Below are positions 18,388 to 24,561 of a stretch of 41,232 bases of DNA, in pieces (the first letter of the stretch is position 1; every line of letters starts with the position of its first letter). Below the pieces are notes generated by a model. The model did not search any database, was not told the DNA's origin, and saw nothing but the letters and a program-made list of their open reading frames with translations. The stretch covers positions 1-41,232 of IMG/VR virus record IMGVR_UViG_3300009702_000006, one strand, 5' to 3'. Origin of the DNA: a virus. A program made the translations under genes and the position numbers.

Positions 18388-18720
18388 CTAGAAAATGGTA
18401 TCGTCAAAATCTTCGTCTGTTAAATAGGCTCCGGTTAAATCAGCTCCAGATAAATTAGTTCCAGTTAAATTGGCTCCAGACAAATAGGCTCCAGATAAAT
18501 TAGCTTCAGTTAAATCTGCTAAGTATAAATCAGTTGAGATTAGAATAGCTTCAGGTAAATCAGCTCCAGTTAAATCAGCTCCAGTTAAATCAGCTTCAGA
18601 TAAATCAGTTCTAAATAAATTGGCTCCAGACAAATCGGTTCCGGATAAATTGGCTCCCGACAAATCTGCTCCAGACAAATTGTAATGTCGAAGATCGAGA
18701 TTGTGAAGGTCGAGTGCCAT
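18388..18720 (-). CDS. Pentapeptide-repeat protein (110 aa), tandem paralog of 17893-18375
   Basis: Same MALDLHNLDLR-YNLSGADLSGANLSG N-terminus. The 5' end plus SD region is 68/72 nt identical to the neighbour (18316-18387 vs 18661-18732). Confidence 0.85.
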   Translation of the reverse strand: MALDLHNLDLRHYNLSGADLSGANLSGTDLSGANLFRTDLSEADLTGADLTGADLPEAILISTDLYLADLTEANLSGAYLSGANLTGTNLSGADLTGAYLTDEDFDDTIF

Positions 18721-18733
18721 TTGTTTCTCCTTT

Positions 18734-18964
18734 TTATTTTACCAAAGAGTTCAATTCTTTCTTGATCCTTCTTGCAGTTTCACCCCTATAGGATTGTGCG
18801 TTGGCAAGGAAATAAATAATAATTCCTTTTGCATCGTCCAACCCATAATGGTCATCGACACTATGCAGGGACGCCATGGCGTCTAGATAGGGTTTGGCAC
18901 CAAAATAAACATTCTTCCAATCGTTGCGAATTTCCTGTGCGATTTTGTAGATAGGTCGAGTCAT
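18734..18964 (-). CDS. Hypothetical 76-aa protein, paralog A of 20410-20640
   Basis: Start trimmed to MTRPIYKIAQEIR (SD aaaaggagacctagaATG). 43/76 residues identical to paralog B by hand alignment. Confidence 0.6.
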   Translation of the reverse strand: MTRPIYKIAQEIRNDWKNVYFGAKPYLDAMASLHSVDDHYGLDDAKGIIIYFLANAQSYRGETARRIKKELNSLVK

Positions 18965-18996
18965 TCTAGGTCTCCTTTTTGGATGGTTCATGGAAC

Positions 18997-19017
18997 AAAT
19001 CTGTAGAGAACAGATTT
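18997..19017. terminator. AT-rich hairpin with flanking T-runs (weak, possibly bidirectional terminator)
   Basis: aaatctgt agaga acagattt (8-bp stem), followed by atttgg on + and gtt on -. It lies between the 62-aa gene and paralog A. Confidence 0.3.
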
Positions 19018-19056
19018 ATTTGGTATGGTCGTAAGTCTAATCCTTTTAGACTGGTC

Positions 19057-19245
19057 TTATTCCAAACCACCTTTCCTGTGAGGGTGAGAGATAACACAAA
19101 TAACACCATTTTGTATAAAAATGGTGTTGTTACGTTTTGTTTTTGACCGTGTTTTGTGTCCGAGAAAACGCATATAGCGTTGTCCGGATTTTTCGAGTTC
19201 TAGTTCACGCCGCAGCAGTTTACGTTCGTTTTTTTCGTGTTTCAT
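19057..19245 (-). CDS. Small basic hypothetical protein (62 aa)
   Basis: The ATG overlaps the stop of the upstream 57-aa gene as ATGA (19242-19245). Lys/Arg-rich. Confidence 0.5.
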   Translation of the reverse strand: MKHEKNERKLLRRELELEKSGQRYMRFLGHKTRSKTKRNNTIFIQNGVICVISHPHRKGGLE

Positions 19246-19415
19246 ACTTTGATAACTTTCCGTTTTGTTGGGGGTGTTGGGTCGATATATGTTGTCCGTG
19301 TGCGACCGCGATAATATATAATCACGGGTTTGGTGGGTTTGGTGCCAGCTAGTGATAAGAACCAGTCAATAATGGCTCTATTCTCCGACGGTTCGTTAGA
19401 AACGTAAGTTTCCAT
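19242..19415 (-). CDS. Small hypothetical protein (57 aa; start trimmed to METYVSNEP)
   Basis: SD aaaaaggagaaaaataATG. The longer listed ORF (to 19565) reads through the 12-bp repeat of the neighbouring gene in another frame. Confidence 0.5.
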   Translation of the reverse strand: METYVSNEPSENRAIIDWFLSLAGTKPTKPVIIYYRGRTRTTYIDPTPPTKRKVIKV

Positions 19416-19442
19416 TATTTTTCTCCTTTTTGAAATAGGAAA

Positions 19443-19466
19443 CGTATATCTTGCGAACGGCATAGG
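19443..19466. repeat. Left arm of a perfect 24-bp inverted repeat
   Basis: cgtatatcttgcgaacggcatagg is the exact reverse complement of 20014-20037. Confidence 0.95.
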
Positions 19467-19482
19467 GGTTGTGGGTTGTTGG

Positions 19483-19980
19483 TTAGTTTTCGACAGGTTC
19501 GTCGACAGGTTCGTCGACAGGTTCGTTGACAGGTTCGTGGTTGAGGGTGCCCAAAAGGTAGACACGGGCTTGTTCCCTCAATTCCTTGTTGGGTTCCTTG
19601 CATGCCAGTTTGAAAGCTTTACGAACCGCTTTCACGTTTGGGGTCATGCCGAGAAGGTGCTTTGTTGCCCATGGGATGTTTTTCCCAGTGATGCTATAGT
19701 CAATTTCACAATCGTTGGGGACAGTGAATCGACTCAGCTTGCTGTCTAGCAAGTTTCGGGCGGCATCTTCGAGGTCTGACGCGGCAGTGTACAACCAGTC
19801 CGCGAACCCGTTGGGATTGTTGGATCCCTTTGTGTAGATGGACAACGCTTTGTCAAGGGCAGGACCAATTGGACATTCACTATTGTGATTGTCCAAACTG
19901 GCGATTAGGTCGCCTAGTGCGACCATAGCTTCGGCTTGTGTTGCCGTTCCGGTGTTTAGATTCTTTGCGAGATTGAACAT
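19483..19980 (-). CDS. Hypothetical 165-aa protein with a C-terminal (EPVD/N)4 acidic repeat
   Basis: ATG start with aaaggaaataggtgaccctATG upstream. It ends HEPVNEPVDEPVDEPVEN. The inverted repeat brackets it exactly. Confidence 0.6.
   Translation of the reverse strand: MFNLAKNLNTGTATQAEAMVALGDLIASLDNHNSECPIGPALDKALSIYTKGSNNPNGFADWLYTAASDLEDAARNLLDSKLSRFTVPNDCEIDYSITGKNIPWATKHLLGMTPNVKAVRKAFKLACKEPNKELREQARVYLLGTLNHEPVNEPVDEPVDEPVEN
19491..19538. repeat. 12-bp tandem repeat, 4 copies (cgacaggttcgt)
   Basis: Three perfect copies and one with a single mismatch. In frame, encoding the EPVD repeats. Confidence 0.9.
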
Positions 19981-20013
19981 AGGGTCACCTATTTCCTTTC
20001 GGTTAAGGGTAGT

Positions 20014-20037
20014 CCTATGCCGTTCGCAAGATATACG
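20014..20037. repeat. Right arm of the perfect 24-bp inverted repeat
   Basis: cctatgccgttcgcaagatatacg is the reverse complement of 19443-19466. Confidence 0.95.
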
Positions 20038-20387
20038 CGAGAAATTGTAGGGCTATGTAGGCATATCGGTAACTTGTGCTATGATGCGTTTTTTCGGCCT
20101 TTGCAGACCTAAGTCTATCGCACCATAGCGGCAGTTTCGCCCGTAACGTATGTACTACCCATACGCTACTGTGCAGTTGGCCAGACCGTACGTTTATACC
20201 GTACTCGGTTCGCCCGTAGGCTCGCGACTCGGGGGTAGAGAGTATCTGCACACTCTCTATTACTACCGCTACAATCCGGTAGCATGGCCTTATACCGATA
20301 TTCAGTTGTTAACGACTTCGTGGGCGTCTACCACCTAGGCAGACCCGCCGGCGACCGCGAGGATAAACTCGCCGTCGCCGGCGTTTT
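20038..20387 (+). ncRNA. Candidate structured plus-strand RNA, antisense to the early arm (hypothesis)
   Basis: About 370 nt with no SD-preceded ORF on either strand and high GC. Hairpins at 20078-20129, 20147-20165, 20236-20259 and 20263-20282. A possible extended -10 (TGcTATGAT, 20077-20085). It ends in tandem + strand terminators. Confidence 0.3.
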
Positions 20388-20407
20388 CCACGGCGTCGCC
20401 GTGGTTT
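20347..20407 (+). terminator. Tandem GC-rich hairpins each followed by a T-run on the + strand
   Basis: GCCGGCGAC-c-GCGAG-gataaa-CTCGC-c-GTCGCCGGC then gTTTT. This is followed by CCACGGC-gtc-GCCGTGG then TTT. On the minus strand neither hairpin is followed by a T-run. Confidence 0.55.
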
Positions 20408-20409
20408 CG

Positions 20410-20640
20410 TCATCCGAGCATCCCCTTCAACTCGGCCTTGATGCGGCGAGCGTCAGGACCTCTCCAAGTTTGAGCGTTGGACAGGAAGTAGAGTACGATA
20501 CTCCGTGCATCGTCAAGCCCGTACTTGTCCTTGACCGAGGACACACACCCCATAGCCGATAGGTAGGGTTTGGCGAAGGGACTAACGCGTCCCCACTTCT
20601 CGCGGACTTCATCCGCTATCACGTACAAGGGTCTAGTCAT
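20410..20640 (-). CDS. Hypothetical 76-aa protein, paralog B of 18734-18964 (high GC)
   Basis: Start trimmed to MTRPLYVIADEVR (SD ggagagttgcaATG). Same length as paralog A and collinear with it. Confidence 0.6.
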   Translation of the reverse strand: MTRPLYVIADEVREKWGRVSPFAKPYLSAMGCVSSVKDKYGLDDARSIVLYFLSNAQTWRGPDARRIKAELKGMLG

Positions 20641-20784
20641 TGCAACTCTCCAAAAAAACCACAATATCCGGTAGGCCTATTGCAAGTTGCGTGCCAGACA
20701 GTTATACTGTAGTTATTATCTTTATACTTTATATTTCCTGTAGTAGTGAACAATATCCGTTCATACTGTAAATCAGGGGGCGGC

Positions 20785-20896
20785 TGTCTGCCAAAATGGC
20801 AGACACATTATCGGACCCTGCCATAATGACAGTAAAACGTCATTTATAGGCTCTAATCGACGCTTTGTGACATTGTGAAATCGGCCATAATGACAG
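20785..20896. promoter_or_regulatory. Three copies of the TGCCAWAATGRCAG-like motif; the first is a perfect 8-bp-arm palindrome
   Basis: tgtctgcc aaaat ggcagaca at 20785-20805. tgccataatgacag at 20819-20832. ggccataatgacag at 20883-20896, the last inside hairpin tcggcc-n9-ggccga. Confidence 0.5.
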
Positions 20897-21048
20897 GCCG
20901 ATACGGTTTAAGTAGTACTTGATTCTTTTTCAGTAATAGTGTATACTTATAAAGTAATACTGAAACCGTGGCCGAATTGTCGAGAAGTCTATCCAGATAC
21001 CCTATCTTCACAATTTTGCGCCAAATACCTAGTTTCACAGGGTCGAAA

Positions 21049-21226
21049 TAAATTATAACTTTAATCCAGTATCGCTTTAATAAAGTATTACTTTAACCGG
21101 CTGCCGCCCCGCGACCTACAGTATCACTTTAATAAAGTGATACTTTAATAAAGTATAACTTTAAGCGGCGGGGCATAAAGTGATACTTGAATACGGAATC
21201 GCGACTCGCGTTAAAGTGGCACTTTA
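21049..21226. promoter_or_regulatory. Phased array of eight TAAAGT-N3-ACTTTA palindromes (operator, iteron, centromere or pac-type sites)
   Basis: Perfect copies at 21081, 21133, 21149 and 21212. One-mismatch copies at 21049, 21117 and 21176. A degenerate copy at 21065. They form two blocks of three units on an exact 16-bp register, each unit separated by a single A, plus two single units. GC-rich spacers carry CGCGAC three times (21110, 21200, 21230). Confidence 0.7.
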
Positions 21227-21364
21227 AGCCGCGACACTTGTTGCGTTTTCTTCCTTCTCCTCCTCAGTGTCGTTCGGTGGGCAATGGGGTAGGGTGTTCG
21301 ATAGGATTCCGAAAGGTGCTGAAGTATATATACCAGTATATCGACGTTGAGTCGTTAAAATATT

Positions 21365-21721
21365 ATGTCAACTTTACGTGATAACGAAATAGTAACAGCG
21401 AATAGTTTTGATACCGAAGCTGATTTTAATATGGTGAATCACCTATTAAAAAAGCCGAGATATAAAATACCAGAGCATCTTCGTGATAAAATAATAACTA
21501 GAGCTGGTCGTATTATTGAACAAACAGAAGATGACAAAACAGCACTAGCAGCAGCGAATACAGTTATTGCAATGGATAAATTAAATATACAATTAGTACA
21601 AATTGCAATGCCAAAGAAAGTTGAACGGAGAGATATAGAAAAAATGCCACAGGAAGAATTATTAGAAGCTCTGAGGGAAGTTAGAAAAAAACTACCGGAG
21701 GTATTACCTTATGAGGCGTGA
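21365..21721 (+). CDS. Putative small terminase subunit (by position)
   Basis: 118 aa. It is the first gene of the plus arm, two genes upstream of TerL. No motif recognised. Confidence 0.35.
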   Translation: MSTLRDNEIVTANSFDTEADFNMVNHLLKKPRYKIPEHLRDKIITRAGRIIEQTEDDKTALAAANTVIAMDKLNIQLVQIAMPKKVERRDIEKMPQEELLEALREVRKKLPEVLPYEA

Positions 21722-21935
21722 AATAACTTATTCATTAAATACTGCAACCAGTGGTGAATTATTTGAAGAGTTATCAAAGCGTTGTCGTAATTGTTTATTT
21801 ATTAGTTCAGTAGACTCACGATGTAAAGGTGATGCCGAAGTTTATACATTAACTAGTGGTTCAGATAGTGAAATATTAGGGCTTATAAAACATGCTGAAA
21901 TTATGGTTATGAAATGCTTGATCCCCTTGACATAA
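21711..21935 (+). CDS. Hypothetical protein
   Basis: 74-aa ORF overlapping both neighbours. Confidence 0.45.
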   Translation: MRREITYSLNTATSGELFEELSKRCRNCLFISSVDSRCKGDAEVYTLTSGSDSEILGLIKHAEIMVMKCLIPLT

Positions 21936-23449
21936 AACTTATAAAAGAGTACAAAAGGCGTAGTACACATAAAAGTTGTACATATATACCTATGCCTCAT
22001 CAACTGGATTACCATAAATCGCATTCAATTTATAGGTTATTATTTGGTGGAAATCAATCGGGAAAGTCCCATGCAGCCGCTGCTGATTGTGCGTGGTATG
22101 CAACAGGTAGACACCCGCATGGAGATAATATTGAAGGTAGAGATGTTGAAATTTGGGTTATCAGTGCAGAATATTCTACAATTAAAACTGGTATATATCG
22201 GCATTTAATAGCTTTAATACCAGATTGGGACATTGTAGAAAAAGGTCCTAGGATTCCGCAGCAGCCTATACCTTCATATTTAAAAATTAGAAGAAAGGAT
22301 AAATATGAAACGACAATCACTTTCCTATCCGCGAAGGGTGAGGCCCGCGAAAAGTTCCAGGCAGCCGCTGTGGATTACTTCTATATTGATGAAGAAATAC
22401 AATCAGGTATTTGGGAAGAATTGGAAGCCCGAACTCTGGCTACTGGAGGCATGTTTAGTATTTCTGCTACTCTTGTGGAGTCTTATGATTGGATATTAAA
22501 CTTAGAGAGAGAAGCAGAAAGTGGTAATCCACGAGTATTTTTAACACGACTAAATACTGAAAATAATAAATATTTAGATAAAGAACGTGTTCAATACTTA
22601 AAAAATAAATGGTCAGATGAAACGAAGGAGTATAGATTTTATGGCAAGGCCCGTAGGGTACAAGGCATTGTATATTCGTCCTTCGACGAAGAACGCCATG
22701 TTATTAAACCATTTAAAGTACCCCCAGAATGGCCCAGGTGGTGTGCCATTGATCCAGGTATTAGAACCTGTGCAGTGTTGTGGATTACAGTTGACAACTA
22801 TGACCGGGCCTATGTCTATCGTGAGTTGTATGCCAAGAATGAACCACTCTGGCAGGTGGCCATACAAATAAAATTATTTGAAGGTTGGCAATTAAATCAA
22901 GAATTATCTTTAGAATTTAAACACTATGTTTGGGAATTAAAGAATCCTGAAATACCAGCAGAGAATATGATACTTAGATTGATTGACCCTAAAGCAAGAG
23001 CACGGAGTGAAGCTGGCGAGGATTCTATTATTTCACAATTATATGAACGCTATGGTTTGATTGTTACACCAGCAGATAATAGTTTACGTCCTGGTCTTGA
23101 AGATTGTAGATTTTGGCTTGAAGATTTAGCAGATGGTAAACCTGCGTTACAGGTATTTAATACCTGTGAAAACTTTTTAGAAGAAAGACGACGTTATAAA
23201 TATCGGCCACCTACTTCAAAATTAAATAGTAATGAACCTATTGAAGATCCAATCCGTAAACATAATCATTTAATGGATTGCTGGCGATATATTGCACGAG
23301 AAAAACCTTCATGGAATAAAAAAGAATTATATACCGACCAGATTGGTTCGACACCTTTATACAGGCGTAAGACAGGATCAGAATTATTACAAGAACGATT
23401 AGCTAAAGAAAATGAGGAACCTAACGAATGGCTGGGAATAGAATGGTAA
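21914..23449 (+). CDS. terL: Terminase large subunit
   Basis: 511 aa. Walker A GGNQSGKS, Walker B DYFYIDEE, and a nuclease-domain Asp in CAIDPGIRT. Confidence 0.85.
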   Translation: MLDPLDIKLIKEYKRRSTHKSCTYIPMPHQLDYHKSHSIYRLLFGGNQSGKSHAAAADCAWYATGRHPHGDNIEGRDVEIWVISAEYSTIKTGIYRHLIALIPDWDIVEKGPRIPQQPIPSYLKIRRKDKYETTITFLSAKGEAREKFQAAAVDYFYIDEEIQSGIWEELEARTLATGGMFSISATLVESYDWILNLEREAESGNPRVFLTRLNTENNKYLDKERVQYLKNKWSDETKEYRFYGKARRVQGIVYSSFDEERHVIKPFKVPPEWPRWCAIDPGIRTCAVLWITVDNYDRAYVYRELYAKNEPLWQVAIQIKLFEGWQLNQELSLEFKHYVWELKNPEIPAENMILRLIDPKARARSEAGEDSIISQLYERYGLIVTPADNSLRPGLEDCRFWLEDLADGKPALQVFNTCENFLEERRRYKYRPPTSKLNSNEPIEDPIRKHNHLMDCWRYIAREKPSWNKKELYTDQIGSTPLYRRKTGSELLQERLAKENEEPNEWLGIEW

Positions 23450-24267
23450 AACCAGTAATTTGTGTTTGTAGTACACAATTTCAATACGGTGCTATTTGTT
23501 CATTCATTGATTTAATGAGACAAGCTCCTAAATATCACCGTATTAATGTTGTGGATAGTACACTATTGCCCTATGCACGAAATAAATTAGTGCGTATGAC
23601 CTATGAAGTATATCCTGATTTTACGCATATTATATTTGTTGATGATGATATGTGTGGTTACTTGGAAGAACATTTTGATGCTTTAATTCAAGCAGATAAA
23701 CCTATTGTTTCAGCTCTAGTAACTACAAGACGACCACCCTATCAAATGGTAAATAGTTTTCCTAATATGCCTCCTGAACAAATATTACAGCATATTGAAA
23801 ATATGGATATATTGCAGTCGGACCTCGTAGGGATGGCATTTACTTGTATTAAACGTGAAGTGTTCGATGCAACAGGTGAAAAATTACTCGAAGGGAACAA
23901 AAAAGCTGATGGTGATATCTTGTGGTTTACTATGGATAGATCACCACGGGTAGACTTCGAGGATGAGGTAGAAAACTTAATCAATGAAGCTTTTAAACAC
24001 AAAGATGAATTGGATACATATTTGTATAGAGCAGTTGCATTAGGACAAAATTCACATTTAGGAACTCCATTAGTTGGTGAAGATTGTGCTTTTGTTCGTA
24101 AAGCTAAAACATTAAGTTTTAAATCATATGTTCATATGGGAGTTTTAATTTCACACTTAGGTACTAAAGAATGTAATATAAAAGATTCTATTAAGTACCG
24201 CATCGAAAGGGAAATTGCATATGCTAAGAATCTTACTGAGTCTCAGTCTCTTGCTGTTATTGATTAG
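23428..24267 (+). CDS. GT-A-fold glycosyltransferase-like protein
   Basis: 279 aa. LLPYARNKLV...THIIFVDDDM (DxD) resembles family-2-like glycosyltransferases. Confidence 0.5.
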   Translation: MAGNRMVKPVICVCSTQFQYGAICSFIDLMRQAPKYHRINVVDSTLLPYARNKLVRMTYEVYPDFTHIIFVDDDMCGYLEEHFDALIQADKPIVSALVTTRRPPYQMVNSFPNMPPEQILQHIENMDILQSDLVGMAFTCIKREVFDATGEKLLEGNKKADGDILWFTMDRSPRVDFEDEVENLINEAFKHKDELDTYLYRAVALGQNSHLGTPLVGEDCAFVRKAKTLSFKSYVHMGVLISHLGTKECNIKDSIKYRIEREIAYAKNLTESQSLAVID

Positions 24268-24442
24268 TGGATGTACAACTACGTTAAAGAATCAGGGTGA
24301 TATTGGATTTCGAGCTAGTACTGAATGGGCATTTTTTCATCGTGCAGCTAAAACCTCTGATGAACCTGCAACTTCAAACTTAGATGTACCGTCTATTGAA
24401 GAATTGATATTAAAAAGTGAAAATAACAAAAATTCTAATTAG
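24215..24442 (+). CDS. Small lipoprotein
   Basis: Signal peptide plus lipobox, MLRILLSLSLLLLLISGC. Confidence 0.6.
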   Translation: MHMLRILLSLSLLLLLISGCTTTLKNQGDIGFRASTEWAFFHRAAKTSDEPATSNLDVPSIEELILKSENNKNSN

Positions 24443-24443
24443 T

Positions 24444-24515
24444 ATTCTCCTCCTTACCCTCATACATGGGTGCTGTCTACATCTCCATCTGGGCGGCACC
24501 TATGTAGGGGAGAAT
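24444..24515 (+). other. Long imperfect hairpin (about 20 bp paired, 22-nt loop)
   Basis: attctcc...cc...tacatgggtgc pairs with gcacctatgta gg ggagaat. It lies in the 119-nt gap after the lipoprotein gene and has no T-run on either side. Confidence 0.4.
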
Positions 24516-24561
24516 TATAAAAAACCAAAAAACCCTATTCTAGAAATGGAGTGGCCACATA

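Noticed and set aside
17893-18720. 15-nt periodic repeats (caaattggctccgga...) that could be mistaken for a CRISPR array or satellite, plus the antisense ORF 18219-18458 (NWLRTNWL...)
   Set aside because: The periodicity is the in-frame pentapeptide repeat of two SD-preceded genes. There are no unique spacers. The antisense ORF is just the repeat read backwards.
19415-19749. ORFs 19415-19603 and 19471-19749, and the N-terminal extension of 19242-19565 (STNLSTNLSTNLS)
   Set aside because: These are alternate-frame or antisense readings of the 12-bp tandem repeat that belongs to the 165-aa gene. The 57-aa gene has its own SD and ATG at 19415.
20015-20612. ORFs 20015-20251, 20284-20562 and 20427-20612 in the GC-rich stretch
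   Set aside because: They have no SD, odd composition, and lie antisense to or overlap paralog B. High GC inflates random ORF length. The 62-aa ORF 20150-20338 is kept only as an alternative in the ncRNA finding.
20853-21381. ORFs 20853-21038 (minus) and 21187-21381 (plus) in the control region
   Set aside because: They have no SD and run through the palindromic and operator repeats. The region is better explained as regulatory DNA.
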